Positions 44,440-53,048 of a stretch of 64,000 nucleotides of DNA are shown here, one piece after another. The first letter of the stretch is position 1, and the number at the start of each line of letters is the position of its first letter. Location: assembly GCA_040390125.1 (NCBI GenBank), contig JAZJYZ010000001.1:70428-134427 (forward strand). Reading direction: 5' to 3'. The position numbers and the translations under genes were made by a program. The stretch comes from Patescibacteria group bacterium (lineage in GTDB: Bacteria; Patescibacteriota; Minisyncoccia; Phycocordibacterales; Phycocordibacteraceae). Under the pieces are notes generated by a model. That model searched no databases. It had not been told where the DNA came from and saw only the letters and a list, made by a program, of their open reading frames with translations.

Positions 44440-47400
44440 TTATGTGGTTGGTGGTGGCAGTAGTGTATTGAATTCATCTGAATCTACAAATTGTTGCACA
44501 TCTCTACTCAATGCAACATCAGGTCGCCTACGGAATTCTTGCAGTGTTCTTCTAATATACTGCAGTCCTGTAGTATCACCTCTGCTTTGTGCCTTGCTTA
44601 TGATTGCACGAAGTGCTGACGCCCTTGGTGCTGCAGCTACTGCGTTTGGAATAAATTCATACGGCACCTGAGCCCACTGTTCATCCGTGCGACCCTCCAT
44701 GAATTTGCGGGTACTCTCCAATACTTGCGGGGTAAAGCGTGCTGCGGGGTCGATATTTCTAAAATGATCTTCCCATGTCGTTGGTGTTACTAAGTTACCC
44801 GCAGTAGGAGTGTCTGTGGAGGTGTTTACTAAACTACTTGCTACAGGTTCAGTCCCTGTGTATGTTTGTCCAACTAAACGAGGTGCATCAATGTCACTTT
44901 GGCCTCCTGGCATTCGTGCTTGTGAGCCCGACAGTGACATATTTGCGGATGGTTCCTCGGCATCCTCTGGCTCGCTATCGGCTTCATCAGGTCCTGATAC
45001 GTTTACATCACTATTATTTGGGATGATTTGTGGTTCGTAGATTGGCTCGCTTCTGGTTATTGTTGGGGGTTCTATTGTCTGCCCACCCCCGTCCGGACTA
45101 CTACCTCCCGGGTTATTCCCGTTATCGCCCCCATCATTTCCGTCGTCTGGATCATCATCTTCGTCGTCCCCATCATCACGGTTATCATTCATAGAAGCTT
45201 GTCCAGGTACAAATTCAGTCGTGAATGGGTCAGAAGGTAGATTATTTTTCCCATACCAGTTTCTACGGATTTTGTTGATTTCTGCCAATCGCTCTTCGTT
45301 TGGCCAACCGAATTGTTTTTTGATGTCGGGGTTTGTTAGGGCATTTGCAATGAAGGTGTCGTCGCCGTGCATAAGCATATTTTCCCATACTGCCGTTTTC
45401 TCGGCTTTATCCTGTCCTGAAAAGAGTGCTGTCAATCTGTCCGCATCTTTTACACCGAATACGGTCGAGATAGTGTGCGCCTCTCTTTTACCTAAGAGAC
45501 CCATTTCGAAGTCATTTTTCCCATCATGCCATCCTGGGATACCCGTTGGATCGTTGGGGTCATACCCACCTTCAATCATTTTCATCCTGTCGAAAATGAT
45601 ATTCAAAGGATCTGAACCAACCACTCCTCTAATTGCCTCTGCTTTTTCCTGTGGCGTTTTCTTTCCTACAAGGGCCGCGGCAATTTTTTTGTCATACTCT
45701 TTTCTTGCGTCACGAATTGCTCGCATCCTTTGAGCTTCGTTTTTGATACTGCTGAGTTCTGTTTTTTTGCCGTCCGGTGATGTTAGTGTTAAATTTTTAT
45801 TTAATGTAGCTTCAGCAAAATCTCGATCTCGCTTTGCTATCTTATAAGTGCTTACAGTGACCCCAGACAATTCACCGTCACCGTAGGCCCTCTCGGCACC
45901 CTCATAGAGATCGATTGTCTTTTGTCTATCTGCCATGAGACTTGTTCGACGTTTATAACCTCTCTCGACACCGTCATATTCTACGGTGCCGCCTACCTCT
46001 GGGACCATATTCTTGTTTTTTCCAAGTCCAAGTGCTAGCAAGGCCAAGCTGTATTCGTCACGCATGTCGGTCATCGGTGAGCGTTTCATACTGCCTGCTT
46101 TTCGTTGTTCAGTGGAAGAAAGAAGTTTGTCCCGTTTGATTTCAATTGCTGCGGTACTGCTGGTGCCAAGCCATAACTCCGGCATGGCACGCAGTTGTGC
46201 ACCGGTCAGTGCATCGTGTCCAGTACCAATGTGGTCAGCTTTGATGAGTGCCTTCAGCTCGTCATTTGGGAGGTATTTTGACTGATAGTTGTACGGAACC
46301 AATATGCGCCTACCATACTCCTCGCTACCGCGGATAAGCTTGCCATCCTCTACATCTTTATTTATATCCTTAATCATGCCTACAAACTCACCTGTGCGGA
46401 GTCCCCACATTGCATCTTTGATGTCATGTCTTATGGAATGATCATCTTGGAGTGCTTTAAATTGCGGGGTTGAAAGTAGCGTTGAATACTGAAGAAGTGA
46501 TTTAGGGTCCTTGCGGTATTCACGTTTCAAGAATTCCGGAGAAAACACGTCAACAATACTTTGGGCTTCGCCTCGCAATTCACGTGATTTGAAATGGTTA
46601 TCCAAACGTTCGTAGTAGCCCCAGTCCCCGTTGCTTTCATCGGCTGCGGCACCGTTAACGCCTTTTTTCTTTTTGCCGACCCCTTGTTTGATGCGAAGTG
46701 TAATTTCGTCGTCGTTTTCCAATCTATCGAGACCGGTATCTTTGTCTTTCACCATTATTTTTGCTTTATCAAGACCACCTCGAGCTCGCAATTCTTGCAG
46801 GTTTTCCCACCGCATCTTGCCATTTTTGTCTTTCACTTTCTGAAGGCCAGTACGTGCCAACACCTCCTCGTCGGTCTCCATTTCCCCGTTCTCTTTCCTT
46901 ATTTTGTGATCACGCAGTGCTTGCCTATTCCAAAATTCGTCTTGTGTCTCCACTCTGTCTTTAGAGAGTTTTTGTCCGGTCGTTGGGTCTATCTCCCCTT
47001 TCTTAAGTGTTTTTGGTTTGAAGCCGTCATTGAATTCTCTCTGGAAGTTTCTTTGTGCTTTTTCTAGAGCTGGACGTTTATCTGCGAGTTCTTTTTTTCT
47101 CTCCTCGTCCTTTTTAATTTCGTCTATGGCGATTTCACGAGCTTCTCTTTCTTTTTTTACAGTTTCATAACCTTTGAATCCTTCGTGTTTTTTGCCGTCT
47201 GCGTCGGTGTAGGCGCCGAACTTTTTGTCTGCAAGTTTATCCAAAACCTGAGCTTTTATAACTCGATCAGCACCTGTTCTCATAAGAAATTTTCCAAGGC
47301 GTGTCTCTTTTGCTATGTATTCGTCAAATTTATATGTAGCTCTTTCAGCCACTCTCCCCACAGTATTTCGTGCTGCAACAGCTCCAATCCAACTGGTAAG

Positions 47401-48660
47401 GCCAATGTAACCGTTTGGCATCCAGTTGGTCCATTTACCCGCAGCCTTGTATACATCGCCGAGCCTTTTTGCTTGTTCACTTAAGCCTTTCGCCATTGTA
47501 AGCGACTGTTGCATAAAAACAGTCGCCACTATGAATGTCAGCATGGTGCCAAGAAGCGCCTCGAGCCCAACTGCATTCACGCTAAAGAGTGCCCCCTTAG
47601 AGCCTTCTAGAATGGTGAGTGAAATACCTACAAGAAGAAAATATACCGGGGCAAAAAATGACTGACTGAAAATATCTTCCCACCACTCCTTTGCGTATTT
47701 GTTGACACGAGGTATCGCCATTGCCGCTATGCCAACGGGCGAGGTGATTATCAAAAACACCAGTGCAACGAAGCGTCCCACGAGCAGGCCTATGACTGAT
47801 AAAAAGAGGAAAATGGTTGTACTTTCAAAACCTATGAGGAAAATATTAAAGACGAGATGGTCGAGAGTGCTTAAAACAGTGAGACCGGTGGTATTGAATA
47901 TGCCCTGCTCGGGAGAGCGGAGCTTTTGATAATCTGCAATCTGCATAAATCTGCTGGCGATGTTGCACTTGAAGAATGTTTTATCTACACATGATTCCGT
48001 GGTGATGACACTTTCATATATTTTCGTTGCAACAAAATTTGATGAATCAATGATGGCTCCGGCAAAGAAGTAGCTGAAATTGATGAGGAGTGCTCCAATG
48101 ATGAGGCGCACAAGCCACTTTTGTACGTTTATATTAGGCAGATGGAGGATCGTCCCGATGGCGGTAGCGATGAGTCCGCCAATGATGCCGATGTTTGCGA
48201 GGTCGCGCATTATCCCCCACGCAATGCGTACCCCCACAGCGTCTGAAGAAGTGACGAAACGCCCCATCTGTACGACTGTGGTATTTACAACGAAGTTCAT
48301 AAGTGAACCCACAAAAGCCAGGACGATACTCATTACTATGAGTATGATTTCGGTAAGTTGAACTAGTCCTTTTAGAAGATTGTCAAAAGGTTGCAGAAGC
48401 GTGTTTGCGATAACCATTTTTGCTCCAGAAGCAAACTTCTCCACTCCACTAGGAGAATCGTCCGAAGATGTGGGTTCCGCTGTGGTGGCAGCCGCAGAAG
48501 GTGTTGCAGGAGCTGGAGTCGTTGCTGAGGCAGGTGCAGTAGTTGCAGGAGGAGGTACAACTGTTGCCGAAAGAGCACTGAGAGGCAGGGCTCCTGCAGT
48601 AAGGAAAACGAGAACTCCAAAAAGTATTAGGAGTTTTTTCATGCCTAATAGTTCTTGCAT
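44440..48660 (-). CDS. Giant VirB6/TrbL-like polytopic membrane protein with an extension of about 1000 aa
   Basis: 1406 aa. Signal peptide plus Thr/Pro/Ala-rich linker, then about 6-8 TM helices (residues about 100-400), then a long hydrophilic K/E/D-rich region ending in an acidic low-complexity tract (DNRDDGDDEDDDPDDGNDGGDNGNN). The alternative start MKKLL at 48642 would abolish the overlap with the upstream gene. Confidence 0.5.
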   Translation of the reverse strand: MQELLGMKKLLILFGVLVFLTAGALPLSALSATVVPPPATTAPASATTPAPATPSAAATTAEPTSSDDSPSGVEKFASGAKMVIANTLLQPFDNLLKGLVQLTEIILIVMSIVLAFVGSLMNFVVNTTVVQMGRFVTSSDAVGVRIAWGIMRDLANIGIIGGLIATAIGTILHLPNINVQKWLVRLIIGALLINFSYFFAGAIIDSSNFVATKIYESVITTESCVDKTFFKCNIASRFMQIADYQKLRSPEQGIFNTTGLTVLSTLDHLVFNIFLIGFESTTIFLFLSVIGLLVGRFVALVFLIITSPVGIAAMAIPRVNKYAKEWWEDIFSQSFFAPVYFLLVGISLTILEGSKGALFSVNAVGLEALLGTMLTFIVATVFMQQSLTMAKGLSEQAKRLGDVYKAAGKWTNWMPNGYIGLTSWIGAVAARNTVGRVAERATYKFDEYIAKETRLGKFLMRTGADRVIKAQVLDKLADKKFGAYTDADGKKHEGFKGYETVKKEREAREIAIDEIKKDEERKKELADKRPALEKAQRNFQREFNDGFKPKTLKKGEIDPTTGQKLSKDRVETQDEFWNRQALRDHKIRKENGEMETDEEVLARTGLQKVKDKNGKMRWENLQELRARGGLDKAKIMVKDKDTGLDRLENDDEITLRIKQGVGKKKKGVNGAAADESNGDWGYYERLDNHFKSRELRGEAQSIVDVFSPEFLKREYRKDPKSLLQYSTLLSTPQFKALQDDHSIRHDIKDAMWGLRTGEFVGMIKDINKDVEDGKLIRGSEEYGRRILVPYNYQSKYLPNDELKALIKADHIGTGHDALTGAQLRAMPELWLGTSSTAAIEIKRDKLLSSTEQRKAGSMKRSPMTDMRDEYSLALLALGLGKNKNMVPEVGGTVEYDGVERGYKRRTSLMADRQKTIDLYEGAERAYGDGELSGVTVSTYKIAKRDRDFAEATLNKNLTLTSPDGKKTELSSIKNEAQRMRAIRDARKEYDKKIAAALVGKKTPQEKAEAIRGVVGSDPLNIIFDRMKMIEGGYDPNDPTGIPGWHDGKNDFEMGLLGKREAHTISTVFGVKDADRLTALFSGQDKAEKTAVWENMLMHGDDTFIANALTNPDIKKQFGWPNEERLAEINKIRRNWYGKNNLPSDPFTTEFVPGQASMNDNRDDGDDEDDDPDDGNDGGDNGNNPGGSSPDGGGQTIEPPTITRSEPIYEPQIIPNNSDVNVSGPDEADSEPEDAEEPSANMSLSGSQARMPGGQSDIDAPRLVGQTYTGTEPVASSLVNTSTDTPTAGNLVTPTTWEDHFRNIDPAARFTPQVLESTRKFMEGRTDEQWAQVPYEFIPNAVAAAPRASALRAIISKAQSRGDTTGLQYIRRTLQEFRRRPDVALSRDVQQFVDSDEFNTLLPPPTT

Positions 48661-50504
48661 TGATTCAGCTCTGTGTTTGCATCCTCAGTCATACCATCCA
48701 AGAGTGTTTTTGATGCGTCGCGGTCGTTGGTAAGCTGTGCCAAGTCATTTTCAGTGTGGAGAGTGCTGTACGAGCGAAGGCCATTAAACGCATCCGAAAG
48801 TGCATTAATTTCAGTGGCAGTCGTTGCACCTGCAACTTGCTCTTGCAGAGCTTCAAGTGATGCGACTGTCCCTTCTGAGTCATCAAGTGCATTCGATTCT
48901 ATCTGTATCTGGGGCTCTATAACAGTGAGAATTGTTGATGATGCCTGGTTCATCTTTAGTGTTGCACCAGAAAGATCAATACTTGTTGTCCCTCCTCTGG
49001 TGACGAGCGTTTTGTAGCAAGCCTGCACTTCGCTATATGTGTCTTTCGTGTTTTCCAAGTTCCACAGCATGTCGGCAAGGGTCACTTGATATGCGTACTC
49101 AACTTCGAGTGCATTGTTTACGCTGTTTCGAAGGCTCGTTTTCGCTGGTGTGATTGCAGAATTCTGACTCGTGCCTGCAACGGTGTCGAGATATGAGCCT
49201 TTTCCTGTAGAGCTTTTTTCTGAGAGCCCCACCAAGCCTGTTAGGCTCGTGAGAACCTGCTGGCCGATTTGTGCAAACAGAGGATCAACCAACTGGCCAA
49301 TTTGCGTTGCACGTGCCTGCTGGTCGTACCCAGCATTCACTGCTCTTTGTACTACGCTGTTGTTAATTGAGCTTGGACTTTTGATTATGAAATGTTCACA
49401 CTGGTTCAAAGGCTTTCCTTCCCCGCCTTCATCGTTGCACGTAATGGCAGGGTAGATGTCTGATGTTTTTGTTATTTCTTCTTGTACTGCTAACCTATTT
49501 GCTGTGCGTGTGTACAGCAGCGAGTTTGCAGCAGAATACGCACCGAGATCTGTGCACTGCGGATTGTATGCCATAATATCTGCAAAGTTTTCAAACGTAG
49601 TGAAATGTTTTAGGTCTACATTTTCGATTGGGCATTTCAGTGCATTTTTATTTTCAGCTTTATTTATTTCATCGAGGTATTGTTGCACTTTGTGTGGGTT
49701 GTTGACTCCACTTTCAGGCAGTTCATTTATCAGGTTTGTAAATACTGTGTTTGTCAAAGAAGCAATATCATCTCCGGGGTTTTGAGAATACCCTGGTGTG
49801 CCACCGTTTCCAGTGTTTAATTGGTTTAAGACATTCTTACTATTTTCAGCTGCGAATTGCTGGCTTACTTTACTCACCAATACGTTTTGAACGCACGTTA
49901 CTTCAAGTTGAGTGTCTTGATCGGCTTGTATCTTTTGGGTGTTTCCTTGAATTTTTTGCGTGGTGCTTCTCACTTGACTGTCGTTTACCGGAACACCCCC
50001 TAAAAACCCGCTTACAAGCCCTAAAGGTCCACTTGTAAGAGCACTTAATCCTCCACCACTAATAAGACTAGTGACAGAACTACCAATATTGCCAAGCCCG
50101 TTGCCGCTTAACAGATTTCCAGCAATATTTCCCAAAGATGAGCTTATGCTTCCACCACTACCACCAAGTAGACTAGAAATGATTTGACCGGTTTGACTAC
50201 CTCCGGTAATTGCACTAATTACCCCGCCGGTATTTCCGCTTCGAAGGCTACTGAGTGCAGAGCTCCAGTTAGCGTCTTTCACTAGGTCTTTAAAGGCAGA
50301 GCTTATTCCTCCAAGGGAACCCGATGATTTCGAATTACAATTTGCAAGTGCAGAATGAGATGAAGTATCAAGCTCTACATCCGTTGGTGCACCTGGGAGG
50401 AGATCAACATTATTTTGAACAGTTTCTGCTTGTATCACTTCCTCTGCGACCGCAGACATTGGCACAAGAGCAATTACCAGAATCATGGCTAAAATTTTTT
50501 TCAT
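48645..50504 (-). CDS. Secreted Gly/Ser-rich protein, hypothetical (possible surface or pilus-associated component)
   Basis: 619 aa with a signal peptide (MKKILAMILVIALVPMSAVA) and a GGSGGSISSSLGNIAGNLLSGNGLGN low-complexity block. Confidence 0.45.
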   Translation of the reverse strand: MKKILAMILVIALVPMSAVAEEVIQAETVQNNVDLLPGAPTDVELDTSSHSALANCNSKSSGSLGGISSAFKDLVKDANWSSALSSLRSGNTGGVISAITGGSQTGQIISSLLGGSGGSISSSLGNIAGNLLSGNGLGNIGSSVTSLISGGGLSALTSGPLGLVSGFLGGVPVNDSQVRSTTQKIQGNTQKIQADQDTQLEVTCVQNVLVSKVSQQFAAENSKNVLNQLNTGNGGTPGYSQNPGDDIASLTNTVFTNLINELPESGVNNPHKVQQYLDEINKAENKNALKCPIENVDLKHFTTFENFADIMAYNPQCTDLGAYSAANSLLYTRTANRLAVQEEITKTSDIYPAITCNDEGGEGKPLNQCEHFIIKSPSSINNSVVQRAVNAGYDQQARATQIGQLVDPLFAQIGQQVLTSLTGLVGLSEKSSTGKGSYLDTVAGTSQNSAITPAKTSLRNSVNNALEVEYAYQVTLADMLWNLENTKDTYSEVQACYKTLVTRGGTTSIDLSGATLKMNQASSTILTVIEPQIQIESNALDDSEGTVASLEALQEQVAGATTATEINALSDAFNGLRSYSTLHTENDLAQLTNDRDASKTLLDGMTEDANTELNQCKNY

Positions 50505-51253
50505 GTTTTCTTTTGGAGCGTTACGATTGCGACCGCAAGAGTATCCATGCTGTTGGTCACGTACACTTGTGCTTTGTTAAATGTGTCCACATCGGTGAGT
50601 GCTTGTATTGGATCGCCTTTCCAATTTGCCATGTTCTCAACGGCTTTTGCTAGGGCCCCAACGCTTTTTACTGCTTCGAGATGTTGTGGTGCAAGTTTTA
50701 CGGGAACCTCCATTACAAGGAGTGATGCGGCAATTCTCTTATAGAGTTCTGCCGTCTCTTGCAGTGCAGGTGTTCCGTGTATGTTGCCCGCCGTGACGCT
50801 TTCTGTGAATACGGCAACTTCATATTTTTTTACCAAAGAAGCCTGACTCATAATGACGGCAAATAGTTTGACGTAGACATCTAAAGACGCTGTGTTGCTT
50901 GCATTCAAGTCAGCGAGGTTGATGATTGGGACTATCGCAGGAGTGGTGATGTGTCGCTTTGCCAAGTCTGCCAGCATTGCGTCTCTTTCAAGGGCCGTAA
51001 ATGTGCCACTTTGAGCGAGGTCAAGGTAGTTGTTATACAAATCCGTAGAAAGCGACTCGGATGTATTGAGATTAGAAGAAGCGTTTAAGGCAGTGCTCGA
51101 CACTTTTTGCCAATCCCCCAAATTTCCTTCTCCGAGGCGTGAGGCGTCTTTTGCAGGTTGGTTTTGAAAGTAATAGAAAGAAGCACCGCCTATCATAAGT
51201 AGCGCAAATATCACTGCCAAAAAAGACCCACCCCATTTTTTTCGGGTTTCCAT
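50501..51253 (-). CDS. Bitopic membrane protein, hypothetical (VirB8-like topology?)
   Basis: One N-terminal TM (FLAVIFALLMIGGASFYYF) plus a domain of about 200 aa. I chose the internal Met (METRKKW); the longer ORF reaches 51355. Confidence 0.35.
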   Translation of the reverse strand: METRKKWGGSFLAVIFALLMIGGASFYYFQNQPAKDASRLGEGNLGDWQKVSSTALNASSNLNTSESLSTDLYNNYLDLAQSGTFTALERDAMLADLAKRHITTPAIVPIINLADLNASNTASLDVYVKLFAVIMSQASLVKKYEVAVFTESVTAGNIHGTPALQETAELYKRIAASLLVMEVPVKLAPQHLEAVKSVGALAKAVENMANWKGDPIQALTDVDTFNKAQVYVTNSMDTLAVAIVTLQKKT

Positions 51254-51338
51254 TCTACCCTCAAGTATAACCCCACGTATAAAGGACGCTTGTCCTTTAT
51301 ACGTGTGCGTGGGGATTAGGACGGGATATAGTGTACGT

Positions 51339-52223
51339 ATGATTTCACTCCGCACGAATCTAAAAACTCACCGCAGTTTCACCGCCGTTCTTTTTTTGCT
51401 CGCACTTATAGTGATACCCGTTTCTGCACTGGCAATCAGTCAAGCACCAGTGAAACAAGGCTCTTTCGGAGGCACGGTACTTCAAATTCTTCCGTGCACC
51501 AACATTTCTGGCTCTCTCATAATGGTTTCTCCCTCTGGTTTTCAGTTTGTACACCGTACCAATGTCCCAAAATTACCTTTTTTAGGGAAAATGCCAACTC
51601 TTGGACAAGAGGTTGGGGGTGTATTGCTCCCCTCTTTTGTTGAATGCACTGTGGTAGAGGCGGGTGAGTCAAAGACTTTCTTAAAACAACCTGCTCTTTA
51701 CTACTCTGCCAAGCGATCTAGCAATACAGCTACCCCACCATCTCAAGGGTCGTCCTCGGGTTCTGGCAGTTCGTTTTCATCAAGTAACCTTTCATCACTA
51801 TTCAACACGCTCAAAAACCCACTTTCCTCTCTGTTTTCTAATGGAGCTGGAAGTTTACTCTCCAATGGCATGGCGAATGTTGGTGCCCATAGTGTGCTCA
51901 CGTCCTCCGCCAGTGGCGTCGCTGCCACAAATGCTGTGGCGGGAGGATCGGGAATTACTTTGATACCGTTTGGCGGGATAGTGCTGAGTCCTCCTGTTCC
52001 TTGCACCACCCCGCCGGGGGCATATATGGTAGTTCTTGGGCCACCGAGCCCAGGTAGTTACATGTACGTTCCTGTAGTTACAAAAAGTTATTTGTACGGA
52101 CCTCCAGTTATTCCCGGTCAATGGGTTTTGGGACAAGCGGTGCCTGGGGTGTGCGTGGTAGGTACTGTACCAACTCCGGTCATGTTAATAATGACTCACG
52201 GCACAAGCCTTTTGCCAATATAA
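51339..52223 (+). CDS. Secreted Ser/Gly-rich protein, hypothetical
   Basis: Signal peptide (AVLFLLALIVIPVSALA), an SSGSGSSFSSSNLSSLF tract, and a Pro/Val-rich C-terminus. Confidence 0.4.
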   Translation: MISLRTNLKTHRSFTAVLFLLALIVIPVSALAISQAPVKQGSFGGTVLQILPCTNISGSLIMVSPSGFQFVHRTNVPKLPFLGKMPTLGQEVGGVLLPSFVECTVVEAGESKTFLKQPALYYSAKRSSNTATPPSQGSSSGSGSSFSSSNLSSLFNTLKNPLSSLFSNGAGSLLSNGMANVGAHSVLTSSASGVAATNAVAGGSGITLIPFGGIVLSPPVPCTTPPGAYMVVLGPPSPGSYMYVPVVTKSYLYGPPVIPGQWVLGQAVPGVCVVGTVPTPVMLIMTHGTSLLPI

Positions 52224-52232
52224 TTTCTCTCT

Positions 52233-53048
52233 TTATTTATTACTCGACAGTGCCTCGGTGATTTTGAGCCACATATCCAAGGGCACATCTTCTGCACGGG
52301 TGTTCTTTGTAAGTTGAAATCTCTCCCACGCTAGTTCAATAGGTACCGCAGGAAATGCTTTTTTCAAATTCCCCAACAGCGTTTTTCTCTTTTGTGCAAA
52401 GCCTGCTTTCAGGATTGAAAAAAAACGTTCCTCAGAAATAGTTTTAAAATTTTTCCCTGAAATTTCAGTGATTGCAAGAATTGCCGAATCCACAGACGGT
52501 GGTGGATTAAAGCTCCCTCTCGAAACGGTCTTCACATATTTGGGAGTACCGTACACTTTTACTGACAGCGAAAGAATACTTTCTTTTTTGTTTCTTGCGA
52601 TTCTTTCGGCAACTTCTTTTTGAACGAGGAACGCTAATGCGACCGGTTTATTTTTTGCAGAGAGTGCACTTCGCACGAGCTCTCCCGTGATGTAGTACGG
52701 AATGTTAGCAGCAATCTTGTATTCGCCTTTAGGAAAAAGTGTGTCGGGCGTGAGTTCCCTCGCATCCCCTTCGTAAATCGTAAATCGTAACTCTTTAATC
52801 TCAAGTGCGAATCTTTCACGAAGCACTTCAATCATTCCCGGATCTTTTTCAACTGCACTCACCTCTGCCCCAAGTGCCAAAATTTCTTTTGTGAGCATTC
52901 CTTTGCCCGGCCCTATCTCCAGTACTCGGTCTCCTTTTTGAATAGTTGCAGCAAGAGCTACCGCTTTTGCGATTCCAACATTGGTAAGCAAATGTTGCCC
53001 GAGCTTTGCTCCTGGGCGTTTTTTATGTGATCGAGGGGATTTCATCAC
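52233..53048 (-). CDS. rsmA: 16S rRNA (adenine1518/1519-N6)-dimethyltransferase
   Basis: 271 aa with GQHLLTNVGIAKAV...VLEIGPGKGMLT. Confidence 0.85.
   Translation of the reverse strand: MMKSPRSHKKRPGAKLGQHLLTNVGIAKAVALAATIQKGDRVLEIGPGKGMLTKEILALGAEVSAVEKDPGMIEVLRERFALEIKELRFTIYEGDARELTPDTLFPKGEYKIAANIPYYITGELVRSALSAKNKPVALAFLVQKEVAERIARNKKESILSLSVKVYGTPKYVKTVSRGSFNPPPSVDSAILAITEISGKNFKTISEERFFSILKAGFAQKRKTLLGNLKKAFPAVPIELAWERFQLTKNTRAEDVPLDMWLKITEALSSNK

Noticed and set aside
44810-48361. Numerous plus-strand ORFs (70-170 aa) opposite the 1406-aa gene, and plus-strand ORFs opposite 48645-50504
   Set aside because: They are antisense to long ORFs with a signal peptide and TM-core architecture, and have low-complexity composition.
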